Of a stretch of DNA of 64,000 bases, positions 42,381 through 52,171 are shown in pieces. Within the stretch, counting starts at the first letter, position 1. Every line of letters starts with the position of its first letter. The position numbers and the translations under genes were made by a program. The notes below the pieces were generated by a model. The model was given only the letters and a program-made list of their open reading frames with translations. It was not told where the DNA came from and made no database searches. The stretch is from Candidatus Krumholzibacteriia bacterium (GTDB taxonomy: Bacteria > Krumholzibacteriota > Krumholzibacteriia > JAJRXK01): the NCBI GenBank assembly GCA_041484665.1, contig JBGPIA010000003.1:96001-160000 (forward strand), given 5' to 3'.

Positions 42381-44129
42381 CTACGCGCGCCGATCGAGCA
42401 CGCCGCGCAGGCTCTGCTGCGTCTTGCTGCGCAGGAACTCGCGTACGTCGTCGGCCGTGGAGAGCGACAGCGCCTCCTGCGCCCAGGCCTTCGCCTGCGC
42501 GTAGGTGATGGTTCGGATCACCTTCTTGAGCGCCGGGATCGCCGCCGCGTGCGTCGAGATCCCGTCGATGCCCAGCCCCATGAGCAGGATCGCGTTGGCC
42601 GGGTTGGCGCCCATCTCGCCGCACAGCCGCACCGGAATCCCGCGGGAGTGTCCCGCGGAGATCGTCTCGGCGATAGCGCGCAGCACGGCCGGATGATGGG
42701 GACGGTGCAGGTGCGCCACCCGCCAGTTGGTCCGGTCCACCGCCAGGATGTACTGCGTGAGGTCGTTGGTGCCGATGCTGAAGAACGCACACTCGGCAGC
42801 CAGCTCGCGCGCCATGGCGACCGCCGACGGTGTCTCGACCATGATCCCCACGTCCAGGTCGGGTTCGAAGCGCTTTCCTTCCCGCTGCAGATCGTCGCGG
42901 CAGCGCCGCGTCAAGTCGTTGGCGGCCCGCAGCTCCTCCAGCCCCGTGATCATCGGGAACATGATCCGCACGGGCCCGAACGCGCTCGCCCGGTACAGGG
43001 AGCGCAGCTGCGTGTAGAGCACCTCGGCGTTGGACAGCAGGAACCGGATGCCGCGCATGCCGAGCTGCGGGTTTGCCTCGCGCAACCCACCCTTGCCCGT
43101 GATGAATTTGTCGCCCCCCACGTCCAGCACCCGGAAGATCACGGTCTCGCCGCGCGCGCGAGAGAGCACGTCGCGGTAGGCCGCGAACTGCTCCTCCTCG
43201 CTGGGGATGCGTCCCTGCTTGAAGTAGAAGTACTCGGTGCGCAAGAGACCGATCCCCTGCGCTCCCGTCTCCATCGCCAGCTCGATCTCGAAGGGGACCT
43301 CTGCGTTGGCGGCCAGCTCGACCACGTGGCCGTCGGGCGTGATCGCCGGCTGGTCGCGCATCTCCTGGAGGCGCTCGCCCATCCGCCGCCAGCGCTCACT
43401 TCGCGCCTGCGAGCGCTTGATCACGGCCGCCGTGGGATCGGCGATCACCAACCCAGTGGTGCCGTCGACCACCAGCTCGCAGCCGTCCTGGATCGCATTG
43501 CTGAGCTCACGCAGCCCGACCACGGCCGGGACGCCCAGGCTGCGGGCCAGGATCGCGGTGTGGCTGGTCGGGCCACCCTCGTCCACGCAGAATCCCAGCA
43601 CGCGGTGGCGGTCGAGAGCAGCCGTCTCGCTGGGTGTCAGTACGGGGGCCACCAGCACGCAGGGCTCCGAGAGCTCCAGCGCGCTGTCCGCTCCGCCCTG
43701 CAGCGCGCGCAGCACGCGCTGCTCCAGATCGCGGAAGTCGATCAGGCGCTCGCGGAAGACGGTGTCCCCCTGCAGGTCGAGCGGCATGAGCGCGTGGGCC
43801 ATCGACCGGGCGAAGGCCGCTTCAGCGGAGCAGCGCTCGTGGCGGATCGACTCCCGCGTCGCGCTCAGGACGGTCTCGTCCTCCAGGATGAGCAGCTGAG
43901 CGTCGAGGATCGCGGCGTGATCCTCGCCGAGGCGACTGGCCAGCTGGCCGCGCACGTCCAGCAGCTCGGCGCGTGTCATGGCCAGCGCGGCGTCGAGACG
44001 CTGCAGCTCGCCCGCAACCTCTTCGGGCGCGCACTGGCGGCGGGTAACGACCAGATTCTGCTTGTGCCAGACCCGCGCGGGGCCGAAGACCACGCCTTCC
44101 GAGGCGCCGATGCCCTGGAATTCGCGCAC
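42381..44129 (-). CDS. ptsI: PTS enzyme I (PEP-protein phosphotransferase)
   Basis: GGPTSHTAILARS (phospho-His), GIGLLRTE, NPQLGMRGIR, MVETPSA, SIGTNDLTQY, CGEM. Confidence 0.96.
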   Translation of the reverse strand: MREFQGIGASEGVVFGPARVWHKQNLVVTRRQCAPEEVAGELQRLDAALAMTRAELLDVRGQLASRLGEDHAAILDAQLLILEDETVLSATRESIRHERCSAEAAFARSMAHALMPLDLQGDTVFRERLIDFRDLEQRVLRALQGGADSALELSEPCVLVAPVLTPSETAALDRHRVLGFCVDEGGPTSHTAILARSLGVPAVVGLRELSNAIQDGCELVVDGTTGLVIADPTAAVIKRSQARSERWRRMGERLQEMRDQPAITPDGHVVELAANAEVPFEIELAMETGAQGIGLLRTEYFYFKQGRIPSEEEQFAAYRDVLSRARGETVIFRVLDVGGDKFITGKGGLREANPQLGMRGIRFLLSNAEVLYTQLRSLYRASAFGPVRIMFPMITGLEELRAANDLTRRCRDDLQREGKRFEPDLDVGIMVETPSAVAMARELAAECAFFSIGTNDLTQYILAVDRTNWRVAHLHRPHHPAVLRAIAETISAGHSRGIPVRLCGEMGANPANAILLMGLGIDGISTHAAAIPALKKVIRTITYAQAKAWAQEALSLSTADDVREFLRSKTQQSLRGVLDRRA

Positions 44130-44131
44130 CG

Positions 44132-44401
44132 CTACGGCTCCTCCGCGAGTCCGCGCTCGATGAGCTCCACAAGCACAGAGAGGGCCGCACCCGCGTCGGG
44201 CCCCTCCGCCGTGATCTCCACGGGGTCCTGGTACCGTGCCACCAGCGAGGCCAACCCCAGGATGCTCTTGGCGTTGGCCTGGACCCCGTTGTAGGCGATG
44301 GTGATCTCGCTGGCGAACCCCTTGGCCGCCCGCACGATGCGGCTCGCGGCGCGCAGGTGCAGCCCAACGGGGTCCCCGATCCTCGCCTGGCGCGTCTGCA
44401 C
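44132..44401 (-). CDS. ptsH: Phosphocarrier protein HPr
   Basis: GLHLRAA (His15 site) and NAKSILG (Ser46 site); GTG start after GGAGG. Confidence 0.92.
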   Translation of the reverse strand: MQTRQARIGDPVGLHLRAASRIVRAAKGFASEITIAYNGVQANAKSILGLASLVARYQDPVEITAEGPDAGAALSVLVELIERGLAEEP

Positions 44402-44433
44402 CTCTGGTCCCCTCCCCTGCGCCACCTTGCCCC

Positions 44434-45195
44434 CTAGCGTAGCAACGCGGCGCCCCGCGCTCCGGCCCACAGCGCCAGCGCGCCCACCAGCGCAAGCCGG
44501 TCGGCTTGCGCCCCGCGCCACGCCGCGATGATTCCGGCGGCAGCCGCGCCGACCAACAGCAACGCTCCGGTCAGCGGAGAGGTCCAGCCCGGCGTGCCCG
44601 GCGCGGCGGTGACCACGGCGTGCGCCACCACCGCCGCGATGGTCCCCGCACCCACCAGGCCGGTCCGTCGGGCCCAGGTCACCGCGCGGTGGACGCGCCC
44701 ATCACCGAGAAGAGCGGCCGTCTCCGCCGCGCGATCGTACCCCAGAGCCAGGCACCGCGAGCGCAGCCAAGCCTGGGCCGCGGCGAAGGCTCCCCAGGCC
44801 AGCAGCGCGATCCAGGGTGAGATCGCCACCGCAGCCGCGGCAGTCAAGAGCCCGATGGCCGGGATGATCCCGCTCCAGAAGAAGGCGTCGCCGACGGCGG
44901 CCACCGCCCGATCCAGCGCCGGCTCCAGTCGCCATGCCACCTCGGGCGGTCCCAGCTCGTGCAGCCGCAGCGACGCTCCCAGCGCGAGCCCGGCAGCGTA
45001 GGGATTGGTGTTACGGAACTCCAGCTCCCGGGCGGCCCAGCCGGCGCGCCGCTGCGCGTCCCACGGCTGGCGGCGCAGCCAGGGAAGCGCCGCCACTAGC
45101 ATCCCCAGGCTCTGCATCGTCTTGGGATTCCAACTCGCCTGCAGCAGCCATAGCCGCCACCACGAGCTGACCCGCCCGCGGGTTGCGCCGCTCAT
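44434..45195 (-). CDS. PTS mannose/fructose/sorbose family IID component
   Basis: QASWN...MQSLG, NTNPY, AVGDAFFW; hydrophobic. Confidence 0.85.
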   Translation of the reverse strand: MSGATRGRVSSWWRLWLLQASWNPKTMQSLGMLVAALPWLRRQPWDAQRRAGWAARELEFRNTNPYAAGLALGASLRLHELGPPEVAWRLEPALDRAVAAVGDAFFWSGIIPAIGLLTAAAAVAISPWIALLAWGAFAAAQAWLRSRCLALGYDRAAETAALLGDGRVHRAVTWARRTGLVGAGTIAAVVAHAVVTAAPGTPGWTSPLTGALLLVGAAAAGIIAAWRGAQADRLALVGALALWAGARGAALLR

Positions 45196-45941
45196 CGTGC
45201 CCCTCCCCCACCCAACCGGCACAGCGCGAGCCCCAGGGCCAGCCCCAGCGCCAGCCAGCCCGGCCGGGCAAGGCGCAGATGAAGGCGCAAAGCTAAGGGC
45301 AGACCCAGCACTGGCGCCAGCGTCCAGAAGCCGGCGAGCGCCGCGCGCTCGGGCTCGGGCATCCGCGGGCCGAGCCGGCCGAGCGCCCACGCGATCCCCC
45401 AGGCGCCCAGGCCCGCCGTGACGGCGCCGCGCAGCAGGTGCAACGCAGCGCAGGCAACGTGCGCCCGCTCGGCGACCCCGAGGTCGCCACCGGCCCCTGC
45501 GGGGCCCAGCCCGCCGCCCGATCCGGCGCTCGGGGCACCGCCTTGGCCGCGGTTCGCTCCACCTTCCAGTCGCGTGCGCACGCCCTCCACCACGGATGCG
45601 CTCGCCGCGCGAGTGGCGGCGATCAACATCCCCCCCGCGTTGGCCAGCAACAGCGACAGCAAGAGCGCCGCGCCCCACGCCCAGCTTTCGCGCTGCCCCG
45701 CCGCGCCAAAGCAAGCGGCCACGGCTGCGCTGGTCCAATCCCGCAGCCGCTCGGCGCCGACCGGCACGTGGGACGCCGAGAGCAGCGTGAGCGAGAGGGC
45801 GACCCAGGCGCCCTGGGCGGGCGCCCCTACGATCCAGCCGGCGAGTGACGCCGCCACCGCGGGGTGGGACAAGAGGGTCTGGCCGAACGCGGTGCGGTCC
45901 AACCCTGCCGCGCCGCCGAGTGCCATGGGAAGGAACGTCAC
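45192..45941 (-). CDS. PTS mannose/fructose/sorbose family IIC component (divergent)
   Basis: LDRTAFGQTLLSHP.V, PVGA; lies between IIB and IID with 4-nt overlaps. Confidence 0.78.
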   Translation of the reverse strand: MTFLPMALGGAAGLDRTAFGQTLLSHPAVAASLAGWIVGAPAQGAWVALSLTLLSASHVPVGAERLRDWTSAAVAACFGAAGQRESWAWGAALLLSLLLANAGGMLIAATRAASASVVEGVRTRLEGGANRGQGGAPSAGSGGGLGPAGAGGDLGVAERAHVACAALHLLRGAVTAGLGAWGIAWALGRLGPRMPEPERAALAGFWTLAPVLGLPLALRLHLRLARPGWLALGLALGLALCRLGGGGAR

Positions 45942-46441
45942 GGTCGCTCTCCGGGCCCGGCCAGCTCGGCCACGGTCGCCTCGTGCGCCGCCGCCGTCGG
46001 AAGCGTCTGGAGGGTGACCCGCACTCCCCGGCGCAGCAGGTCGAGCAGGTCGGCTCGCTCCTGGGCCGTGAGGAAAACGCCCGGCCAGACCTCCTGCGCG
46101 CCGGCGCGGAAGTGCAGCCCTCCGAGGTTGACGGCACGCAGGTCGACGCCGGCGCGGAGCAGCCACAGCAGGTCGCCGGGGCTCTGCACCAGCAGGATGG
46201 TCGCCGCGTCGCCGCCGCTCCGGAGCAGCTCCCGCAGGCGCTGCAGAGCCGTGGTCCGGTCGAGGATCTCCAGATCCACCTCGGGCGGCACCGCCGCTGC
46301 GTAGATGCGACGCTGCAGCGCATCGCCCGCCACATCATCATTGCACAGCAGCAGCCGGCGCGCGCGCAGCTGCGCGCAGCAACCCAGGATGACCTGGCCG
46401 TGGATCAGGCGGTCGTCGATGCGCGCCAGGAGGAGACTCAC
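45938..46441 (-). CDS. PTS mannose family IIB component
   Basis: ARIDDRLIHGQV, VNLGG. Confidence 0.92.
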   Translation of the reverse strand: MSLLLARIDDRLIHGQVILGCCAQLRARRLLLCNDDVAGDALQRRIYAAAVPPEVDLEILDRTTALQRLRELLRSGGDAATILLVQSPGDLLWLLRAGVDLRAVNLGGLHFRAGAQEVWPGVFLTAQERADLLDLLRRGVRVTLQTLPTAAAHEATVAELAGPGERP

Positions 46442-46821
46442 GGCGCGATCCCCAGGAGCTTGACGGCGGCTCGCGCCCGGTCGAGCACCTTGTCCACCAG
46501 AGCCTCCGCCGGAAGTTGGGAGCAAGCGGAGAGGTAGGCGACCAGCATGGGGATGTTGGCGCCGGCCAGGACCCAGGTGCGCGGGCGCCCGGCGCTGGCC
46601 AACAGCGCCGCGCTGCCGCAGCTGCCGCCCCCCTCGTCCACCAGGATCAGCGCCGGCCCCGGCGAGGCGTCCAGCCACGCGCGGATGCGTTCCTGCAGGC
46701 CGGCCGCGCTGAGGTCCTGATTGCTCAGCGCGGACAGCGATCCGTGCGCGCCGACCACCGCCTCGGCGGTGGTCACCAGGGCCTGGCCGAGCCCGCCGTG
46801 GGTGACCACCAGCGCCCGCAC
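46438..46821 (-). CDS. PTS mannose family IIA component
   Basis: LVVTHG, LVDEGGGS, GANIPML. Confidence 0.88.
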   Translation of the reverse strand: MRALVVTHGGLGQALVTTAEAVVGAHGSLSALSNQDLSAAGLQERIRAWLDASPGPALILVDEGGGSCGSAALLASAGRPRTWVLAGANIPMLVAYLSACSQLPAEALVDKVLDRARAAVKLLGIAP

Positions 46822-46858
46822 CCCGGCGCCGGCCCCGCGCCGGTCGGGGGCGCCTTCC

Positions 46859-47827
46859 TCACTCGGGGTCGTGCTTGAGGTACTTCGCGACATGACCGGA
46901 CTCCGCCATGGTCTCCACCAGCTTGCGGCTGAGCTCGCGCGCGGCGTCGATGCCGTAGATCTTCAGCATGAGATCCAGGGCGATGACCTCGGCGATCACC
47001 GTGATGTTCTTGCCAGGGAAGATCGGCACCACCACGCGCGGGACCTGCACGCCGAGGATTTCGACGTGGTCCCGCTCCAGGCCGGTGCGGTCGTAGTCGC
47101 GCCCCTCGACCCACTCCTCCAGGCGCACCTCCACCTCGATGCGCTTCTGCATGCGGATGGCGCGCACGCCGAAGATGGGGAAGACATCCACCACGCCGAT
47201 GCCGCGGATCTCCATGTTGTGCTGCAGCAGTTCGCGGCCCCGGCCGATCAGAACATCCCCGGGCCGTTTGACCACCTCGACCAGGTCATCGGCCACCAGA
47301 CGGTGGCCCCGCTCGACCAGGTCCAGCGCCGTCTCGCTCTTGCCGATGCCGCTGCGGCCGGTGATGAGCATTCCCACGCCGTAGACGTCCATGAGCGTGC
47401 CGTGGAAGGTCACGCGGGGGGCGAACAGGTCGTCGAGGATGTCCGCCAGCAGCGTGGTGAGCTCGGAGGTGGGGAGAGCTGCCCGCGCGATGGGGACACC
47501 CCGTCCGCGCGCCTCCTCCAGCAGGGCCGGCGGCAGGTGCAGTGCGCGCGCCACGAAGGCGCCGGGGATGCCCTGGGCGAAGATGCTCGCCAGCGCCGTG
47601 CGCTGGCGGTCGGGTGCGATCGAGTCGAGGTAGCCGAGCTCGGTCTCGGCGAATACCTGCACGCACTGGGGCAGGAACCCGTCTGTATAGCCCATCAGCC
47701 CCATGCCGGGACGATGGACATCGCGGGCGGAGATCTCCGCGCCCAAGGCGTCGCCCGCCACGAGCATCTCCACCTCGGCGTGGGATCTCAGGCGCTCGAC
47801 GATCTCATCGAAGCGGAAGGTCGGCAA
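46859..47827 (-). CDS. hprK: HPr kinase/phosphorylase
   Basis: HGTLMDVYGVG, GRSGIGKSETAL, GHRLVADD, MEIRGIG. Confidence 0.97.
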   Translation of the reverse strand: MPTFRFDEIVERLRSHAEVEMLVAGDALGAEISARDVHRPGMGLMGYTDGFLPQCVQVFAETELGYLDSIAPDRQRTALASIFAQGIPGAFVARALHLPPALLEEARGRGVPIARAALPTSELTTLLADILDDLFAPRVTFHGTLMDVYGVGMLITGRSGIGKSETALDLVERGHRLVADDLVEVVKRPGDVLIGRGRELLQHNMEIRGIGVVDVFPIFGVRAIRMQKRIEVEVRLEEWVEGRDYDRTGLERDHVEILGVQVPRVVVPIFPGKNITVIAEVIALDLMLKIYGIDAARELSRKLVETMAESGHVAKYLKHDPE

Positions 47828-47829
47828 GC

Positions 47830-48243
47830 TTACGGCTCACCCTCCTGCGGCGGCGCGTCGTCATCGCCGGCGGGCGCGTCCGCCCCGGGAGCGCCGAGGC
47901 TCTTCTCCAGCGCTGCGGCGGAGGTCAGCCCGGGTTGGGCGAAGCGCGCCTTGTGATCGGTGACCTTGGCTTTGTGGCGGCTGAGCTGCTCGTCCATGCT
48001 CGCACACGCCTGCTCCACCGAGGTGAGCATGTCCTGCGAGCGGGCTGTGGCGTGGAAGTCGCGACCGCGCAGGTGGATGTGGATTTCGCAGCCCATGTCC
48101 AGCTTCTCGGCGATGAGGGTGAAGCGAGCTTGTTTGAGATCGTGGGCATAGCGCGTGAACTTGGAGGCGCGCTCCTCGATGTGGTCGCGGACGCGCTGGG
48201 TGAGCTGGTAGTTCCGAGGCGTGATCTCGACATGCACCGGCAT
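47830..48243 (-). CDS. hpf: Ribosome hibernation promoting factor (short HPF/RaiA family)
   Basis: VEITPRNYQLT..VRDHIEER, DMLTSVEQA, QLSRHKAK; immediately downstream of rpoN; GGAGGAGG RBS. Confidence 0.88.
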   Translation of the reverse strand: MPVHVEITPRNYQLTQRVRDHIEERASKFTRYAHDLKQARFTLIAEKLDMGCEIHIHLRGRDFHATARSQDMLTSVEQACASMDEQLSRHKAKVTDHKARFAQPGLTSAAALEKSLGAPGADAPAGDDDAPPQEGEP

Positions 48244-48422
48244 CCTCCTCCCACGATGGACCCCGCCCCCCCGCTGCGCCGTCGGGCGTCCGCCCGGCGC
48301 AGCGGCCAGGGGCATTCACTTGCCGAGCTTCAATCTAACCCGAGCCCTGGTCCCGGCCAACCGGCAATGCGCCGCGAGCGGCGCCTGCGCGCAGCACCCG
48401 CCGGATTCCCGCCCCGCAGGGA

Positions 48423-49901
48423 TCAGTACGTCTTGCGCATGCGTGCCGGCAGGATGGAGAGCTGCTCGCGGTACTTGGCCACCGTGCGGCGCGCGATGTT
48501 GAGGCCCTCCAGCTTGAGCAGGTCCACGATCTTCTGGTCGCTGAGCGGACGCCGCTTCTCCTCTCCGTCGATGATCTCGCGGATGCGGGTTTTCGCCGCC
48601 TTCGACGACATGTTCTCGCCGTCGTCGGTGTCGAGGCTGGAGCTGAAGAAGTACTTCAGCTCGAACACGCCGCGCGGCGTCTGCACGTACTTGTTGGTCG
48701 TAACGCGGCTGACGGTGGACTCGTGCATGCCGATACGATTGGCCACCTGCTGCAGCGTGAGCGGCTTGAGCGCCACCGGCCCCTTGTCGAAGAATTCCCG
48801 TTGCTCGTCCACGATGCACTGCATCACCTTCACGATGGTGCGGCGACGCTGCTCGATGGTCTGGATGAGCCACTTGGCGGAATTGAGGCGCCCCATGATG
48901 AACTCGGCCGTGGCCTTGTCGCCCTCCACGCGACTGCGGTTCAGCTCGTCGCGGTAGGCGCGGCTCACGCGCAGGCGCGGGATGTTGCTGTCGTTGAGAT
49001 AGACGATGTACTCGCCGTCGACCTTCTCCACGACCAGGTCGGGCACCACGTACTTGGCGTTCTCGGAGAAGGTGGCCAGGCCAGGTCTCGGGTCGAGGTG
49101 GCCGATCTGCTGGGCGATCTCCTGCACCTCCTGGGTGCTGATCTTGAGCTCCTTGGCGATCTCGTTGAACTTGCGGCTCTTCAGCGAGTCGAAGTGGTCC
49201 CGCACTACCTCCGCCGCCAGGGAGTCGGTCTCCCCGCGCGCGTCCAGTTGCAGCAGCAGCGCCTCCTGGAGGTTGCGCGCGGCGATGCCGGGCGGGTCGA
49301 AACTCTGGATCACCTTCAGGACGGCTTCCACGCGGGCGACGTCCACCTCGAAGGTGCGGGCGACCTCCTCCACGTCGCAGGTGAGGAAGCCATCGGTGTT
49401 CAGCGAGCCGATGACGTACTCGCCGATCTGCAGATCGAGCTCGTCGTCGAGGGTGAGGCGCAGCTGCTTGAGCAGCTGCTGGTAGCCGCTCTCCTGCGCC
49501 ACGGCCACGCGCTCGAACCGCTCGTCGAGCTCCTCGTGCTCCTGCTCGTAGGCCTGGCCGCTGAAGCCATCGTTGAAATAGTCGTCCCAGTCGACGGGGT
49601 CCTCGGGCTCCTGCGGCTCGGGGGCCTCGGCGGCCGCCTCGGGAGTCTGCTCCTCCTCGGCGCCAGCGCCGTTCTCAGACGGCTCGGCCTCCCGCTCCCG
49701 CTCCTGATCCTGATCCGGCTCATCCTCTTCTGACGGATCGATCTCCTCGAGCAGGGGGTTCTGTAGGACCTCCTCCTTGAGGATCTGCTCCAACTCGAGG
49801 GTGGGGACCTGCAGCAGCTTGAGCGCCTGCTGCAACTTGGGCGTCATGACCAGACGCTGCTGCTGGCGCATCTGCGTGGATATGGTCTGCTTCATCTCCA
49901 T
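48423..49901 (-). CDS. rpoN: RNA polymerase sigma-54 factor
   Basis: MTPKLQQALKLLQ, NPLLE, MHESTVSRVT, RpoN box ARRTVAKYRE. Confidence 0.98.
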   Translation of the reverse strand: MEMKQTISTQMRQQQRLVMTPKLQQALKLLQVPTLELEQILKEEVLQNPLLEEIDPSEEDEPDQDQEREREAEPSENGAGAEEEQTPEAAAEAPEPQEPEDPVDWDDYFNDGFSGQAYEQEHEELDERFERVAVAQESGYQQLLKQLRLTLDDELDLQIGEYVIGSLNTDGFLTCDVEEVARTFEVDVARVEAVLKVIQSFDPPGIAARNLQEALLLQLDARGETDSLAAEVVRDHFDSLKSRKFNEIAKELKISTQEVQEIAQQIGHLDPRPGLATFSENAKYVVPDLVVEKVDGEYIVYLNDSNIPRLRVSRAYRDELNRSRVEGDKATAEFIMGRLNSAKWLIQTIEQRRRTIVKVMQCIVDEQREFFDKGPVALKPLTLQQVANRIGMHESTVSRVTTNKYVQTPRGVFELKYFFSSSLDTDDGENMSSKAAKTRIREIIDGEEKRRPLSDQKIVDLLKLEGLNIARRTVAKYREQLSILPARMRKTY

Positions 49902-49922
49902 GTTGCCCCGTTCTCTCCGTTG

Positions 49923-50672
49923 TCAGGCCCGGCCCAGGCGGAAGCCCTCACCCAGGTAGATCTGCCGCGCGCCAGCGTTCTCCACGATCTCGGCGGGCGT
50001 CCCCTCCACCAGGATGCGGCCTTCGTGGAGGATGTAGGCCCGGTCGGTGATGCTGAGCGTCTCGTGCACGTTGTGGTCGGTGATGAGCACGCCCAGACCG
50101 CGCTCGCGCAGCTCAGCCACGATGGTCTGGATGTCGTTGACGGCGATGGGGTCGATGCCCGCGAAGGGCTCGTCGAGCAGCATGAAGGACGGGCGCGTGG
50201 CCAGCGCGCGGGCGATCTCCACGCGCCGCCGCTCCCCGCCCGAGAGCTGGTAACCGCGGCTCTTCGCCAGGTGGGCCACGCCCAGCTCCGCGAGCAGCTC
50301 GCCGCAGCGCCGCGTCTGCTCGGGCTTGGGGATGGGCAGCGTCTGGAGGATCGCGCGGACGTTCTCCTCAACGGTCATGCGCCTGAAGATCGAGGCCTCC
50401 TGGGGGAGGTATCCGATGCCGCGCCGTGCCCGCTTGTACATCGGCAGCGATCCGATCTCCTCGCCATCCAGGAAGACCTGCCCCGACGTGGGCTTGATGA
50501 AGCCGACCACCAGGTAGAACGTGGTCGTCTTCCCCGCGCCGTTGGGTCCCAGCAGGCCAACGATCTCGCCGGTGCGGACGCTGACGGTCACGCCGTCCAC
50601 AACCCGGCGCGAGCGGTACTCCTTGACCAGCTCCTGGCAGGACAGCGACATCCGTGCCAGGGTGGCACTCAT
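49923..50672 (-). CDS. lptB: LPS export ABC transporter ATP-binding protein
   Basis: GPNGAGKTTTFY, GIGYLPQEASIFR, LSGGERRRVEIAR, LDEPFAGIDP, TDHNV. Confidence 0.97.
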   Translation of the reverse strand: MSATLARMSLSCQELVKEYRSRRVVDGVTVSVRTGEIVGLLGPNGAGKTTTFYLVVGFIKPTSGQVFLDGEEIGSLPMYKRARRGIGYLPQEASIFRRMTVEENVRAILQTLPIPKPEQTRRCGELLAELGVAHLAKSRGYQLSGGERRRVEIARALATRPSFMLLDEPFAGIDPIAVNDIQTIVAELRERGLGVLITDHNVHETLSITDRAYILHEGRILVEGTPAEIVENAGARQIYLGEGFRLGRA

Positions 50673-51265
50673 GGCCGCTGCTCCTGCGAAACTTGCCGCC
50701 TGGCGCTGTCCGGCACGTTACCCTCGACTCGCTCCCGCAGCGTCAAGTCGGTCAGGTCCGGATCGGTTTCCAGCCCATAGCCGGTCAGAACCTGGTCGCC
50801 GTCCGTGAACTTCACGAACTCGTCGGTGTGGATACGCTGGCGCGCATCGTCCCAGTGGAGCACCTCGCTCTCGAGCAGTTGCTCGCGCGTGTTGATCACA
50901 CGCACATTCCCTCGCGCAGTCATGTTCTTGGTCTGCTCGTCGACCTCCGCCGAGCTCGAAGTGAGCGTCGCGTCGGCGATACCGGCGCGGTAGAAGACCA
51001 TCCGTACGGCGTTGAGGTGCAGCGCCTGCTGGCCGGGAAAACGCTCGGCCGTGTTCCCCCACAGCTCCCACTGCATGACACCATCGCGCGTCTGGGTGGT
51101 GTGGTAGCCCTCGGTGACCTGCGTGGGCTGCCCCGCCGGCGGGGGCGTCGATTGTGGCTCCTGCTGGTTGCACCCAGCGACCAGCGCCAGCGCAGAGGCC
51201 AAAGCCGGCGCGATCCACAGCCTGCGCCGCCACGCCGCCAGATCGAGACGTCCGCAGCCGGTCAT
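50669..51265 (-). CDS. lptC: LPS export periplasmic protein LptC-like, predicted lipoprotein
   Basis: Lipobox LVAG-C; jellyroll-type sequence 'MTARGNVRV', 'LESEVLHWD', 'IHTDEFVKF', 'G.GLETD'; ATGA overlap with lptB. Confidence 0.82.
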   Translation of the reverse strand: MTGCGRLDLAAWRRRLWIAPALASALALVAGCNQQEPQSTPPPAGQPTQVTEGYHTTQTRDGVMQWELWGNTAERFPGQQALHLNAVRMVFYRAGIADATLTSSSAEVDEQTKNMTARGNVRVINTREQLLESEVLHWDDARQRIHTDEFVKFTDGDQVLTGYGLETDPDLTDLTLRERVEGNVPDSARRQVSQEQRP

Positions 51266-52080
51266 CGTCGGTCTCCATAGCGATCGTGGAACCAGGTCCA
51301 CTCGGAGGGCGCCCGACAGATCAGCTCCTCGAGCGCCGCATTGCAGCGGGCCACCAGGGCGGCCTCTCCGGCGTGATCCTCGGGCACGATCTCGCCTCCC
51401 AGCATCACTCGATGTCCTTCGCCCTCGCGGCGGATGCCCGCGGGGACGATCCGGGCCGAGGTCGCCAGCGCGATCCAGGCCGGTCCGCGCGGCGTCGGCG
51501 CCGCGCGCCCGAACCAGGGCGCCGACAGGCTCGCCACCGCGCCGCGGTGGTCCCCCAGCACGGCCAGCGGGTGCCCCGACCGCAGCCACCGTACCGCCGC
51601 CAGCACGTCGTGCCGCCGGTCGAAGGGCGTCAGACCCAGCCGCAGCCTCTCCCGTCGCAGCCACGCATCGACGCGTGGGTTGTGCGGATCGGCCGTGACC
51701 ACCCCCAGCTCACCCAGCACGCCCGCCAAGAATCGTCCCAGCAGCTCCCAGCAGCCAAGGTGCGCGGTCAGGATCAGCAACGGCCGCCCGCCCTCGCGCG
51801 CCTGCTGCAGCCGCCGCAGATCCGCCCGGTCGGCCACGACCGCAACGTCCCCGCGTGCAGCGTCGACCAGATTGCGCCCCAGCTGGACGAAGCAGGTCCG
51901 AGCCAGCCCCTGCCGCTCCCCGCGCGGCATGGCCGGGTACGCCGCCGCCAACTGCTCCAGGGCCCGCCGGCGGTCGTTGGACCGGGTCGCCCACGCGACC
52001 TCTCCGAGGCCTTTGAGGGTCGCGCCGGCGACGGGTCGCGGAGCCCACCGCACGAACCCCGCTAGAGCGCGCACGCACAA
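51262..52080 (-). CDS. Lipid A late acyltransferase (LpxL/HtrB family)
   Basis: TAHLGCWE (Hx4E), LGDH, PWFGRAAPTP.GPA, PSEWTWFHDRY. Start uncertain: the frame is open further upstream; TTG 52080 is the first canonical start downstream of the promoter motifs. Confidence 0.82.
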   Translation of the reverse strand: MCVRALAGFVRWAPRPVAGATLKGLGEVAWATRSNDRRRALEQLAAAYPAMPRGERQGLARTCFVQLGRNLVDAARGDVAVVADRADLRRLQQAREGGRPLLILTAHLGCWELLGRFLAGVLGELGVVTADPHNPRVDAWLRRERLRLGLTPFDRRHDVLAAVRWLRSGHPLAVLGDHRGAVASLSAPWFGRAAPTPRGPAWIALATSARIVPAGIRREGEGHRVMLGGEIVPEDHAGEAALVARCNAALEELICRAPSEWTWFHDRYGDRR

Positions 52081-52171
52081 GTAGAAGCACCACCGGCGGA
52101 TACGGCGTACCCCGCGAGGCGGGGCGGGCAGCCGGGGCCTGCTGCCGGTATCGGCTCGGCCCCGCTTTCCC

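Noticed and set aside
48312..48326. Sigma54-like motif upstream of hpf (CGGCAAGTGAATGC on the minus strand)
   Set aside because: Spacing is GG-N9-GC, not the required N10, and TTGC is absent.
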